A DNA stretch of 64,000 bases, taken from positions 22,718 to 86,717 of the forward strand of contig JAVZBY010000003.1 of NCBI GenBank assembly GCA_038874655.1, in the 5' to 3' direction. Shown here piece by piece: positions 40,660-51,350 of this stretch; positions within the stretch are counted from its first letter, which is position 1; each line of letters starts with the position of its first letter. Made by a program: the position numbers and the translations under genes. The notes under the pieces are model-generated. The model had not been told where the DNA came from. It did not search any database and was given only the letters and a program-made list of their open reading frames with translations. This DNA comes from Candidatus Woesearchaeota archaeon (GTDB lineage: Archaea > Nanobdellota > Nanobdellia > Woesearchaeales > GW2011-AR15).

Positions 40660-41316
40660 TTAAACTTGTGTTGTATAAAATTCTATTGTACTATTTTCAT
40701 ATGTTCCTGCAGGTAAATCTACTGGAATTAGTACATTAACATCAACAGCAATACTATCTTCTGTATCAGGATAATATTTTAATCGTTGACATAATGTAAC
40801 ATTCTCTGATAATTCTACCCATGGCCAAGTATATAATCCTGTTGCACATGAATTTGCTTCATTCTCTCTTGCTACAACAGTCAAATTATAACCTAATGCA
40901 CCATTATAATTATTGAAAAAACTTTTTGCAGATGGTCCTCTTACTGAAACAGATACATTAACATTACCATTATTTTCTATTATAAAGCTTGTTGGTGTTG
41001 TATTTCCTGTCCAGCAATCAGTATTATCAATAAAAGTTAATCCTGCTGTTAGATTTGCAAATGTCTTTCCATTTAAATTAATTTCATCACAACTAGAATT
41101 TATAAAGCCTACTCCAAAATCTATTACAGAATTTAATAATGCTATACTAATAGAATTTTGCACACTTAAATTTATTCTACCCATTTCTGTTGCTTTTGCT
41201 GTCGGATATGTGCTAATCGCAATTTTATTTAATTGATTCATCAATAAAAAAGTAGATGAAACAGAAAAAAAAATTGATAGCATTATAACAAATGCTAAAA
41301 ACTTATTACTAACCAT
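40660..41316 (-). CDS. Signal-anchored N-glycosylation-rich protein, tandem paralog of 41337..41987 (candidate filament/pilin-like subunit)
   Basis: Shares with its neighbour INLSVQNSISI...DFG.GF.N.SC.EI...NLTAG..FID..DCWTGN.TPTS.I.ENNGNVNVSVS.RGP... and an identical C-terminal NVLIPVDLPAGTYENSTIEFY; pilin-type signal not demonstrable. Confidence 0.5.
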   Translation of the reverse strand: MVSNKFLAFVIMLSIFFSVSSTFLLMNQLNKIAISTYPTAKATEMGRINLSVQNSISIALLNSVIDFGVGFINSSCDEINLNGKTFANLTAGLTFIDNTDCWTGNTTPTSFIIENNGNVNVSVSVRGPSAKSFFNNYNGALGYNLTVVARENEANSCATGLYTWPWVELSENVTLCQRLKYYPDTEDSIAVDVNVLIPVDLPAGTYENSTIEFYTTQV

Positions 41317-41336
41317 GTTTTCACCTATTAGTTTTA

Positions 41337-41987
41337 TTAAACTTGCACAGCATAAAATTCAATAGTGCTATTTTCATAAGTTCCTGCTGGTAAATCAACT
41401 GGAATTAATACATTAACATCTATTGCAATACTATCTTGTGAGTCTGGATAATATTTTAAACGAGTGCAAAATGATGCATTATTATTTAATTGCACATAAC
41501 TTGATTGTAATGTGCCTGCACATGAATTTGCTTCATAATTCCTTGCCAATGCTGTTAAATTATATGTGAAAGAACCATTATACATACCAAAAAATGCTCT
41601 TGGATCTGGTCCTCTTATTGAAACAGATACATTAACATTACCATTATTCTCTACTATTATACTTGTTGGTGTTTTGTTGCCTGTCCAACAATCACTTGTA
41701 TCAATAAAAGCTGCGCCTGCTGTCAAATTTGCTGCTGTCTTGCTATTTGATAAAATCTCTGAACAACTAACATTAACAAAACCTGTGCCAAAATCAACTG
41801 TTGCATTATAAAGTATTATACTAATTGAATTCTGAACTGATAAATTTACTTTTCCAGGAACATTTTGTGCTTGGCCAGTAATCCCAAAAGGATTTAATTT
41901 ATTTAATGAATAAATTGTTACTCCCAAAGAAACAACAATTGACATAACCAAAAAAAGTGCTAATGTTCTATTTGAAATATCATCCAT
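41337..41987 (-). CDS. Signal-anchored N-glycosylation-rich protein, tandem paralog of 40660..41316
   Basis: See the paralog entry; roughly 55-60% aa identity by eye across the full length. Confidence 0.5.
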   Translation of the reverse strand: MDDISNRTLALFLVMSIVVSLGVTIYSLNKLNPFGITGQAQNVPGKVNLSVQNSISIILYNATVDFGTGFVNVSCSEILSNSKTAANLTAGAAFIDTSDCWTGNKTPTSIIVENNGNVNVSVSIRGPDPRAFFGMYNGSFTYNLTALARNYEANSCAGTLQSSYVQLNNNASFCTRLKYYPDSQDSIAIDVNVLIPVDLPAGTYENSTIEFYAVQV

Positions 41988-41998
41988 TTTTTTACCTC

Positions 41999-42250
41999 CT
42001 ATTCTTCCTTTAAAACTTGGAATATTATTTTACCTGTTGTTTTAATTCCACTTGGTGCATTTGGATCAATAACTTGTAAAGAAATTTTCGCATTCTGACT
42101 ACTTGTGCCTTGCTGTACTGGCGCATTATTCAATCTGTTAATCTCTGTCAATACAGTAAAAGTACCAAGAATTGATATAACAACTGCCAAAACAACTAAT
42201 ATCACAACTATGCTTTTTGGCAAATCTTCTTTTTCATCCATAAACCCCAC
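41999..42250 (-). CDS. Small signal-anchored protein (83 aa) resembling the N-terminal part of the two paralogs
   Basis: TM IVVILVVLAVVISILGTFTVL then AKISLQVIDPN, which resembles GKVNLSVQNSISI in the neighbouring proteins. Confidence 0.4.
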   Translation of the reverse strand: MGFMDEKEDLPKSIVVILVVLAVVISILGTFTVLTEINRLNNAPVQQGTSSQNAKISLQVIDPNAPSGIKTTGKIIFQVLKEE

Positions 42251-42403
42251 CCATTACAAAGTAATAACAAATAATTAAATTATATTTAACAAATTTTTTT
42301 TATTATTAACTAATATATAAACTTTACTCTTTTTAAATACTAAAAAAAAAAGTAAGATATAAAATACTAAATCTACTTAATTTCTCCTAAATCTAAAAAT
42401 TTA

Positions 42404-43570
42404 TTAGTTATTTCTCTTTTTAAGAATAAAAATAATCAAAATTATATTCAATAAAATTAAAATTATAACACCTATAATTAAAATATTTAATTGAAATTTA
42501 TTTCCTTGTCCAATAACTTTTGCACTCACATAATTTTTAAAATTCACCGAATCTGGTGATACATAAGCAGTATAAGTTTTTTCAGAAATTTTATCTTCAT
42601 AAATAACCTTTGTAGAGAGCTCATATTCACCTATAGTTAAACCTTCTGTATTCCAATACGCATTCATAATTGAAGTTGATTTTTCATTAATACTAACAGG
42701 AATTGCATTAAAAGTTGAAATTAATTTATTATCTTTAAAAACATCAACTTTTCCTTCTGCCTTAATTTGCTTGTTCCATTTATTTCTTAAATAGATATCT
42801 AGTTTTGCAATTTGACCTATTTTAAAATTATTTATTTCTATTTTTTCAATTTCAACTTCTAAATTTCCAACATCAAATTTTTGATAGAATTCTAAAATCT
42901 TAGAATCATATTCTAATGTTGCTTCTAAAACATAGCTTCCAGAATGTTCAGTTTGCCAGGTTAAAATAAAACTTTCTTCTTTATTCGACTCTATTGACTT
43001 TGATTCTGATGTTGCTTTATATAATTCTTCATTTGTTGGACCCTTAATTACTAAATTAATTTTTGCATTTTCTATTTTTTCCTTTCCAAAATTTTTTATT
43101 GCAAATGTAAAAATAATAGGCTCATTAACTTTTGTATTTGTTATAAATAAATTACCCTCTGCATATTTTCCAGGATAGGGTACATTAACTATTATTTTAT
43201 GCATTACTGCAGGAGCTGCCATTATAACATCATTTTGCATTTCTCTAGGTAATTCCAAAACAATTAAAGAACATGATCTTTCACCTGGAGGTAATTCATT
43301 TGGTAGTTGAATCTTATAATTAATCCATGTTTCTTTATTTTCAATAATCATCGTTTCTTTATCAAGTGAAATATATTTTGCTAATTCTCCTTCTTTCGAA
43401 ATTATTATTTTAGTAGGTGTATCATCAACAACTACTCTAAAAGCCCCTTCTTGTTGAAATTGATTAAAATCAAACTTATTTTTAGCAGGAGCTATTCCTA
43501 ATCCAAAGATCATATTTATATTTACTAAAAACATAATTAACATAATAAATTTTAAAAATATTTTTCTCAT
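42404..43570 (-). CDS. Surface protein (388 aa) with N-terminal signal and C-terminal TM anchor; translationally coupled to the giant gene
   Basis: Its start ATG overlaps the stop of the 2485-aa gene (ATGA at 43567-43570); C-terminal NILIIGVIILILLNIILIIFIL then KKRNN. Confidence 0.5.
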   Translation of the reverse strand: MRKIFLKFIMLIMFLVNINMIFGLGIAPAKNKFDFNQFQQEGAFRVVVDDTPTKIIISKEGELAKYISLDKETMIIENKETWINYKIQLPNELPPGERSCSLIVLELPREMQNDVIMAAPAVMHKIIVNVPYPGKYAEGNLFITNTKVNEPIIFTFAIKNFGKEKIENAKINLVIKGPTNEELYKATSESKSIESNKEESFILTWQTEHSGSYVLEATLEYDSKILEFYQKFDVGNLEVEIEKIEINNFKIGQIAKLDIYLRNKWNKQIKAEGKVDVFKDNKLISTFNAIPVSINEKSTSIMNAYWNTEGLTIGEYELSTKVIYEDKISEKTYTAYVSPDSVNFKNYVSAKVIGQGNKFQLNILIIGVIILILLNIILIIFILKKRNN

Positions 43571-46500
43571 GCCTGCTCACCCACTATATAAATTGTTACA
43601 TATTTTGGGCCGCCAGGCTCATACATCGGAACTGTTATATTAATATCAATTTGTGCAGTATCATGTTCATCACTATAATTTAAATTTCTTAATAATGTGG
43701 AATTTGAAATTGATATATCTGTCATATTTGCCCATTCTGTTTGTGAATTTGCATAATCAAAAGAAGGCATTTCACTAGTATTATCTGCTTTATATCTAAA
43801 ATAAATTGTATTTAAAGGCGCCATTATAAATGGTGATTGATTAGCACCAATTCTTGTAATATTAACAACAATATTACCATTATTCTCTATTATTAGAGGT
43901 GGATAACCATTATCAGTATCTTTTGATTCTAAAATATTCATTATTCCAAAATCAATTGAATTAACAGTTAAATTTATACTTAAAAAAGATTCAATTGTAA
44001 AGTTCCATGCTAGACTCCATAGACTATAATTAAAACCATCATATGCCCGAACACTCCAATTAATTAGTCTATCAACACAAAAATCATAATTTGGTTGATA
44101 ACTTGTATCAGAAACATTAATACTAACATCTGGACCACATTCGAAAGTAGAGGAAAAACTAATATTTATTGTATAATTTATATCATCATAATCTAAATCT
44201 GAGCTATTAAACAGAAATAAAGGTTTTCTTTCATGTATAGTATGATTATTGTTTGTTGGGGTTATTAATATTGGAATAGTTGGTGGACTATTAACAATTG
44301 TTGTTTTTGTTGAATTATAATTACTTGAATCAATACCATCGTATGCTTTTATAGTGCAGTTCCATATTTCATTCTTTTTTGTATTAGAACTGGCTATAAA
44401 TGATATTAAAGTATTTGTGTTATTATTCACACTAACATTTCCTGATGAAAATAAATTAGTTCCATTATACCAAAAATATTCAACTCTTAAAGAGGTGTTT
44501 AAATCATCAACGATAGTTGCATAACAATTTAAATTTGATGTGGTATTTGGCTCATTAGGTAAAATTTGTATGTTTGAAACTCTTGGAGGGGAATTTAAAT
44601 TAATTCTTACCTTTGTACTATTTTTAGTAATTCCATCTTGATAACCATCATTAGGTGTTACTGAGCAAATTAGTTCATCGTTTAAATTAAACGCATATCT
44701 TAATAATTCATTATTAGTTCTATTTAATATACCATAATTATATTCATTTAGAATTTCTTCATCAGATAAAATATAATTATATATTTTGATTTCATCTATA
44801 AACCCATTATAAGGTGCTTTTCCTGTATTATGTAAAGCCCAATTTGACAAACCACTAGATGCACCAATAACTAAATTTAAAATTGAGTTTGAAATATTAC
44901 TATTCACTTGAGAAGAATTTTTATTCATACCATTAACATATAATTTAAAAATATCTCTATTTAAAGTTAATAACAAATGTGTCCAATTATTTTGTTTTAT
45001 CGTCTCATTACTAATCACTTCATTTCCAAACTTTCTAATAATTAATGCTGAATCTGTTGTGTTTATTGAATATCTACCACCTAATATTAAATTTTCCCTG
45101 GAATCAAAGGTACCTACTTGAAAAACATCCTTATAATTAGATAAATCTAAAGTAAAATTATAAACCTGTGAACCTGTTTTATTCAATTTAAATACAAAAA
45201 TAACATTATTTGTTGAATTTAACCAATAAAAACCTAGGCCATAAATATCATTATTTGAATCAATTAAAATTTTCTGTATGCTATCATTAAATGGTGTTGG
45301 ATTTAAAATATAATTCCATAAGTTATTACCATTTTTATCAAACTTCATCACATTAATATAGCTATCTATTGGTTGATTTGCGATTCCTGCAATTATTAAA
45401 TTATCTTCACTATCTACCTTCATATCTTGAAGTGTATCATTATATATTGTTGGGTTTGTAGTAATATTGAAAAGATTCACTCCTGTAGGTGAAAATTTCA
45501 CTATTCTATACTGAAAATTACCTAAAAGTTGATCATATCCTCCTATATAATACGAACCATCTAATGCCTTAACAATAATATTAGCAGAATCAATTCCTGA
45601 ACTAATTTGAGGAGTATAATTCCACAAATTTACACCATTTTCATTAAAAGCTGAAACAAACCAATCATAAACAGTTGTTGCTTTAATCCCCACTGCAATT
45701 ATCAATGTATCATTATAAACTAAAACATCATTATAAAGATCTGTTCCTGATGTCGGATTAAATGTTCTATTCCATAAATAAGTTCCTGTAGAATTATATT
45801 TAACTAAATAATGACTATGCCCTACTACTGAATCATATATATATCCTGCTACATAAATGTTATTTCTTGAATCTACATCTACACCTAAATATCTATCATG
45901 ACCTAAATTTGGATAAGTATAATTAAAAAGTAAAGTTCCATTTGGTGAAAATTTCATAATTATTTGATCAATAGAATAAGGGTTATTATTACCTGCTCCA
46001 ACAGCTATAAAATTATCTTCATTATCAACTATTAAATCTGTTAAATATTCATAATATGTATCATCATTTAAATCATTTAAAAAGTAATTTTTTCTAAATT
46101 CATATAAAGTTTTGTTTTTATTATTTTCATTTAAAGAAACTCCTGGATAACCATTAAGTAAAAATATTGAATATATTCCATTACTCAGAATATTATCTAT
46201 TACATCAAACCTTGTAGGCTTTATCCATAATGAAATAGAGATATTATTACTTTTTAGTAAATTTGTATTATTAACATAAATAAAATTAGTGCCATTAAAA
46301 TTATATCCTCCAAATACCTTACCAAATTTTCTTGACCAATTTAAATTATTTGAAAAATTTATACTAGTATTATAGCCACTGTAATCTTTTGTAAAAGTAT
46401 TATTACTTCCTCCTTCAAACGGCAAATACAACAAATAAATACTTTGATTATTTTTATACCAAGTAGTTATATTTACAACTTGATCTCCATCTGCATCAAA

Positions 46501-49500
46501 AACATTATTAGCATTACAAGTCAAATTATTAAAAGTATAAGCAGGATCAGGCGTGATATAAGGATTATCATGTGTTGGTGCATCATTAAGTTTTATTTTC
46601 ACACTTGAGCTGTTTTTAGTTATGCCATCCTGATAACCATCATTGGGTGTTATAGAACATTTCCATTCATCTTCAAAATTAGTATTTGTAAAAGATATAA
46701 TATTACTTAATTTTCCTGAAATTCCTAAAAGATAATCATTATATATCTGCTGATCTGATAATACAAAATTATACACCTTAACCTCATCAATTGTACCATT
46801 AAAAAATTGTGTATTTGGTAAACCTATTCCCCCTCTTCTACCTATGTTGATAGATTTATTTACAGTATAAATAACATTACCATTTGCTTGCTTACTATTA
46901 TCCAAAACCCCATTTACATATAAAAGTAATTTCGAATTATCATATACTCCTACTATATAATACCATTTTCTTTTTCCTAATACTGTATTAGAGGTAATAT
47001 TTTGAGATGCAAAACCATTGTTATTCGATGCGAAAAACCTAACTCTACTTTCATTAGAAATTTGTAATCCATAGCCATCATCTCCCCCACCATCTTCATC
47101 AGTACTTATAATCATTTGATAAGTATTATTATCAAAAAGATATATCCATGCAGAAACACTAAAATTATTATAAGGCCTTAAATTAGGATTTGAAGGAAAA
47201 ACAATATATTGATAATTTCCATTAAACACATAAGCACCTCCTATTATACCTGCAGTTGTGTCAAATGTAGCATTAACCACAGATGCATTAGTAAAACTTA
47301 CATAATCTAATGTTGAACCATTTTTTGAATATGTTCCAGTTATTGAACCTCCTTCAAACGGCAAATACAACAAATAAATACTTTGATTATTTTTATACCA
47401 AGTAGTTATATTTACAACTTGATCTCCCTCTGCATCAAAAACATTATTAGCATTACAAGTCAAATCACTAAAAATATTTGCTGGATTAGGTGTGATATAA
47501 GGATCATCATGTGTTGGTGCAGAAGGATATATTTTAACAGAACTACTGTTTTTAGTTATCCCATCTACATAGCCATCATTTGGAGTTATAGAGCATTTAA
47601 TTTCATCATTTAATTTTAAATTTAAATATTTTAAATCTAAAAATTGTTCCTTATTTGAGAAAGAAAAAGGATAAATTATTGAATTAATATATGAAATAGA
47701 GAGAGGAATATTAAAAATTTTAACTTCATCAATAATACCATTAAAAAATTCTGTATTAGGTTGATAAGTACCACCTATTCTACCTATATTTATAGAATTA
47801 TTAACAGTATATACTACATTTCCATTTCCTATTTTTCTACCAACTAATAAACCATTAATATAAAGAGATATTTCAGAATTATTATAAACTCCAACAATAT
47901 TATACCATATATTTTTTCCTAAAGTAATATTTGAAGTTACATTTTGTAAAGCATAGCCATTAGAATTTAAAACTGCAAAGCTAACTCTTCCTTGATCAGT
48001 TATTCTTAAAAAATATCCATCATCATTACCTCCATCACTATCTGAAGAAATAATTGTTTGATTTGTATTATTTGAATTTAAACTTATCCAAACTGAGATA
48101 CTAAAATTATTATAAGGCCTTAAATCATTATTAGAAGGCACGGAGATATAATCATAATCCCCATCAAAAAAATATGCTCCTCCTATTATACCTGAAAACT
48201 GCAAATATGTTGCATTTACTACACTAACATTTTTTAAAGAAACATAATCTCTTGTAGAACCATTTGAAAAATTATCGCCACTAGTTGAACCTCCTTCAAA
48301 AGGTAAATTTAATGAATAAATACTTTTATTATTAATATACCATGTTGTTATGTTTCTAATAAAATGATCCTCATAATCTATTAGATTTGTAGTATCACAA
48401 AAGATTGTTTTATTTAAAGTTGGTGTTTGTGGGTTAATTTGTGGATTATCATGTATAGGTTCTGTATTATTAATAAAAAACCACAATCCTTCTTCGTAAA
48501 AATAAATTATATCTGGAAACTCTCCTATTTCAGAGGAATATATAATTCTATCACTATTATTAAACTCTATACAATGAACTATTAGATCTATAGCTTGAGA
48601 TGCTAAAATATGATAATATACTGAAATATTATGTTCTCTAACAACACAAGATTGTGGTAAAGTAATATTGTTATTAAGATTAGAAATAATTTTAACATTG
48701 GTAACATTATTTGGTTTATAATAAATTGAGGAGATATAATAATCATTTGCTTCACTACCAGTAAACCAATTACCATCAAAGAAAGCTTGTGCATTAACAC
48801 ATCCTCCTACTGCATTACAACCACTTATATTACTAAATTCAACATAATAATAATAACTAGGATCATAAGCATAATCACTTACATAAGCTAAATCATTTTC
48901 AAACTCAAAAAGCAAAGTAGCATAACCAGCTTTAATCATGTAATTTTTTAGATAAGCAGTTTGATTACATTCAAAATTTGGAATAAACAATTTTTTGATT
49001 TTAACAGAGTTTTCAGATAAATCAGAGTAATTATAAGTGATATTATTAACATCAACTATTAATAATTTATCTAGGAGAGGGTAATTACCACAACTTAGGT
49101 TTAAAAATAACATTTCATCAAAAGTTTGATTATTATCAACAGAGATTTCAGTCCAATTAGCATTAGTAGAGCTAATAGATAAATTAGCAATTCCGCTAGT
49201 ATTAAAAGCCACAATCCATATTTCATTATCTTTTAGATAGGTGTAAGGATTCAGTACAATTATAGAAATTTCAAAAGTTTGATTACTTAGATGAGGCACA
49301 ATCCATTCAATTTTATCAATTAAGCCATTATCATTAGTATCAAAATAATTAACATTTTCAAACAATATTTTCTGATCATCTTTAAACCAATAAACCTTTA
49401 TATTTTCTTTTTTAGATTCTTTAATATTAGTATAAGCTAGGACATTTTCATAATGCAAATCTGATGAAATAACAACATGTTTTTTATTTTCATTTAATAT

Positions 49501-51024
49501 AATTTCATCAGCTTTAGGTGGTTCAGTATAGAAAGATAATTCTAAGATCTCACTTTCATGATTACTTTCAGATAAATTTTCAGAATCATTTTTCTCAAAG
49601 ACTAAAACAACATCATTAACATTATCTAAATTCAAGTTTATGTTATTAAGATTTTGTAATTCAGAATTAAGTTCATTCAATTTATTTAACAATAAATTAG
49701 CTTTATCTTTGCTTACAGGTTTTTCTAATTCTTTTAACTCTGATTTAATTTTTTTAACTTTATTAAATTGTTCAACATCAATTAAGTTTTTATCTGCATA
49801 CACATATGGCTTAATATCATCATTACTAAAAGAGATGTTAAAAGCAGATTTAGGCAATATAGTATAATTAGTAATAGACAAATTAATTTTCTTTTTCCAT
49901 AAAACTGGCTCATTAATTTTAGCACTATAATTAAAATCAATAACACCAATTTCCTCAGAACTTAGATTCAAAGTTAAATTAATTATTTGCAATGTTTCAT
50001 TAACTAAAGTTTCATTCAAAGTTTCATTTAAGAAAGTTTCATTTAAACTCTCATTAACAAAAACATTTTCAATAAAAGTGTATTCAATTGAACTTAAATT
50101 TAAAACAGCATTCTCAACTATAATCTGTAAAACTATTTCATCGCCATAATTATACAATTTGCATGTTTCTAAACAATAATTACTGAATAAAAGCACTCTT
50201 TCTTCAATAGTTATATTTTCACTAGCATTACTCTCTGTGATTGTTTCATTAATAATTATTTCTGGAATAATTACATCTGTAAAATTGGTTTCATTAAACT
50301 CATATGCTATATTTGTATTGTTATCTATAATATTTTCTTCAATTATAGTTTCATTTAATATTGTTGTTTCATTTAAACTTTGATTTAAACTTATTTCAAT
50401 TATTTCCTCATTAATAACTTCATGACTATTATTTAAAGAAATATTTTCTAAATTAGAACTTTCTCCAACAGAAAAATTTTCATTAATTATATTATTTTCT
50501 TCAATGGTTTGAGTTTCTTCTGTAATTTCAATTAACTCTTGATTATTAACAGAGGGATTAACCTCATTATTAGTTAAATTATTTTCTTGATTATATTCTT
50601 GAACAATATCTTCAACAACTAAACCTGTTAAAATATTTTTTCTATTAAGTTCATTTGAATCAAAAACCAATTTTGAATTATTACTTTTATCAATCAATAA
50701 AACCTTTACAGAACCATTTCCTATTATAGAACCAGTTATTTTTAGAGATGTTAAATTTCCATTAACATTAAATCTTAGAACATTATTATCATAAAACTCT
50801 TGATTAACATTAATAACTTCTTTTATTTCTGTATTGCCAAAAATTAAAAACCCTGTTAAATTTTGACCAAATAAATTATAAAATAAACCTATTGAAAATA
50901 TTGTTATTATAAATAATAACACATACGACTCATGCTTCATTAACCTCTTTATTTTTCTATCTCTTTGCTCTCTCCTCTCTGCCTCTCTAATTGCCTTTAT
51001 AAACTCTTGTAAGGGTGATGTCAT
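43567..51024 (-). CDS. Giant (2485 aa) signal-anchored surface protein with an Asn-rich N-glycan linker, three LamG/concanavalin-like modules and SBBP-type beta-propeller repeats
   Basis: N-terminal cytoplasmic basic stretch then TM YVLLFIITIFSIGLFYNLF. Repeated NETL/NETF sequons. Three copies of a roughly 310-aa module contain GGAY(F/V)F(D/N)G...SVW(I/Y)...DEVK(I/V)(F/Y)N (LamG-like). Several NIYVAGY...LVKYN..G..LWN repeats (SBBP-like). SD GGGGTGAT lies 5 nt before the ATG. Confidence 0.8.
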   Translation of the reverse strand: MTSPLQEFIKAIREAERREQRDRKIKRLMKHESYVLLFIITIFSIGLFYNLFGQNLTGFLIFGNTEIKEVINVNQEFYDNNVLRFNVNGNLTSLKITGSIIGNGSVKVLLIDKSNNSKLVFDSNELNRKNILTGLVVEDIVQEYNQENNLTNNEVNPSVNNQELIEITEETQTIEENNIINENFSVGESSNLENISLNNSHEVINEEIIEISLNQSLNETTILNETIIEENIIDNNTNIAYEFNETNFTDVIIPEIIINETITESNASENITIEERVLLFSNYCLETCKLYNYGDEIVLQIIVENAVLNLSSIEYTFIENVFVNESLNETFLNETLNETLVNETLQIINLTLNLSSEEIGVIDFNYSAKINEPVLWKKKINLSITNYTILPKSAFNISFSNDDIKPYVYADKNLIDVEQFNKVKKIKSELKELEKPVSKDKANLLLNKLNELNSELQNLNNINLNLDNVNDVVLVFEKNDSENLSESNHESEILELSFYTEPPKADEIILNENKKHVVISSDLHYENVLAYTNIKESKKENIKVYWFKDDQKILFENVNYFDTNDNGLIDKIEWIVPHLSNQTFEISIIVLNPYTYLKDNEIWIVAFNTSGIANLSISSTNANWTEISVDNNQTFDEMLFLNLSCGNYPLLDKLLIVDVNNITYNYSDLSENSVKIKKLFIPNFECNQTAYLKNYMIKAGYATLLFEFENDLAYVSDYAYDPSYYYYVEFSNISGCNAVGGCVNAQAFFDGNWFTGSEANDYYISSIYYKPNNVTNVKIISNLNNNITLPQSCVVREHNISVYYHILASQAIDLIVHCIEFNNSDRIIYSSEIGEFPDIIYFYEEGLWFFINNTEPIHDNPQINPQTPTLNKTIFCDTTNLIDYEDHFIRNITTWYINNKSIYSLNLPFEGGSTSGDNFSNGSTRDYVSLKNVSVVNATYLQFSGIIGGAYFFDGDYDYISVPSNNDLRPYNNFSISVWISLNSNNTNQTIISSDSDGGNDDGYFLRITDQGRVSFAVLNSNGYALQNVTSNITLGKNIWYNIVGVYNNSEISLYINGLLVGRKIGNGNVVYTVNNSINIGRIGGTYQPNTEFFNGIIDEVKIFNIPLSISYINSIIYPFSFSNKEQFLDLKYLNLKLNDEIKCSITPNDGYVDGITKNSSSVKIYPSAPTHDDPYITPNPANIFSDLTCNANNVFDAEGDQVVNITTWYKNNQSIYLLYLPFEGGSITGTYSKNGSTLDYVSFTNASVVNATFDTTAGIIGGAYVFNGNYQYIVFPSNPNLRPYNNFSVSAWIYLFDNNTYQMIISTDEDGGGDDGYGLQISNESRVRFFASNNNGFASQNITSNTVLGKRKWYYIVGVYDNSKLLLYVNGVLDNSKQANGNVIYTVNKSINIGRRGGIGLPNTQFFNGTIDEVKVYNFVLSDQQIYNDYLLGISGKLSNIISFTNTNFEDEWKCSITPNDGYQDGITKNSSSVKIKLNDAPTHDNPYITPDPAYTFNNLTCNANNVFDADGDQVVNITTWYKNNQSIYLLYLPFEGGSNNTFTKDYSGYNTSINFSNNLNWSRKFGKVFGGYNFNGTNFIYVNNTNLLKSNNISISLWIKPTRFDVIDNILSNGIYSIFLLNGYPGVSLNENNKNKTLYEFRKNYFLNDLNDDTYYEYLTDLIVDNEDNFIAVGAGNNNPYSIDQIIMKFSPNGTLLFNYTYPNLGHDRYLGVDVDSRNNIYVAGYIYDSVVGHSHYLVKYNSTGTYLWNRTFNPTSGTDLYNDVLVYNDTLIIAVGIKATTVYDWFVSAFNENGVNLWNYTPQISSGIDSANIIVKALDGSYYIGGYDQLLGNFQYRIVKFSPTGVNLFNITTNPTIYNDTLQDMKVDSEDNLIIAGIANQPIDSYINVMKFDKNGNNLWNYILNPTPFNDSIQKILIDSNNDIYGLGFYWLNSTNNVIFVFKLNKTGSQVYNFTLDLSNYKDVFQVGTFDSRENLILGGRYSINTTDSALIIRKFGNEVISNETIKQNNWTHLLLTLNRDIFKLYVNGMNKNSSQVNSNISNSILNLVIGASSGLSNWALHNTGKAPYNGFIDEIKIYNYILSDEEILNEYNYGILNRTNNELLRYAFNLNDELICSVTPNDGYQDGITKNSTKVRINLNSPPRVSNIQILPNEPNTTSNLNCYATIVDDLNTSLRVEYFWYNGTNLFSSGNVSVNNNTNTLISFIASSNTKKNEIWNCTIKAYDGIDSSNYNSTKTTIVNSPPTIPILITPTNNNHTIHERKPLFLFNSSDLDYDDINYTINISFSSTFECGPDVSINVSDTSYQPNYDFCVDRLINWSVRAYDGFNYSLWSLAWNFTIESFLSINLTVNSIDFGIMNILESKDTDNGYPPLIIENNGNIVVNITRIGANQSPFIMAPLNTIYFRYKADNTSEMPSFDYANSQTEWANMTDISISNSTLLRNLNYSDEHDTAQIDINITVPMYEPGGPKYVTIYIVGEQA
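46409..46526. repeat. Intragenic direct repeat, copy 1 (118 nt, 117/118 identical to 47348..47465); part of a roughly 940-bp tandem module repeat
   Basis: Seen directly: cctccttcaaacggcaaatacaacaaataaatactttgattatttttataccaagtagttatatttacaacttgatctccatctgcatcaaaaacattattagcattacaagtcaaat. Confidence 0.85.
47348..47465. repeat. Intragenic direct repeat, copy 2 (see 46409..46526); a third, diverged copy lies near 48290
   Basis: Same sequence with a single a/c difference; flanking roughly 150 nt remain about 80% similar. Confidence 0.85.
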
Positions 51025-51236
51025 TTTTTATCACCCCTCTTCTTCTTTAATGCCCTATTATATATTGTCCAAATAGTTCTATCATCTCTATTCAAAGAAT
51101 CTGCAATATCATGATAACTCATATTAAGAGTTTCTTTCATGTAAAAAACAACAGATTCCATAAAAGAAAAATCTCTATTATTAAATATAGACAGAGGTAT
51201 ATTTATTTCATTATTATTCTTTTTACCCACCCTCAC
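51021..51236 (-). CDS. Small HTH DNA-binding protein (sigma-70 region-4/LuxR-like helix-turn-helix), first gene of the surface-protein operon; uses a GTG or an internal start
   Basis: ETLNMSYHDIADSLNRDDRTIWTIYNRALKKK shows an HTH pattern like sigma region 4. The stop overlaps the giant gene start (ATGA) and its 3' end encodes the giant gene's SD. The annotated start is GTG with no upstream SD, so the transcript may be leaderless. Confidence 0.45.
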   Translation of the reverse strand: MRVGKKNNNEINIPLSIFNNRDFSFMESVVFYMKETLNMSYHDIADSLNRDDRTIWTIYNRALKKKRGDKK

Positions 51237-51243
51237 AAGAAAT

Positions 51244-51350
51244 AACTTACATTGTAAGTATTTATACTTTTTGGTTTTTTACTTACATTGTAAGTATTAT
51301 AAAAAAATAAATTAAAATAAAAAATAAAATATTTACTTACAATGTAAGTA
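51244..51350. promoter_or_regulatory. Three copies of a 17-bp palindrome TACTTACA(A/T)TGTAAGTA (51244-51260, 51280-51296, 51334-51350) in the divergent region between the HTH gene and tRNA-Asn
   Basis: Seen directly; half-sites TACTTACA/TGTAAGTA are exact reverse complements; centre-to-centre spacings are 36 and 54 bp; copy 1 ends 7 nt from the GTG start of the HTH ORF. Confidence 0.55.
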
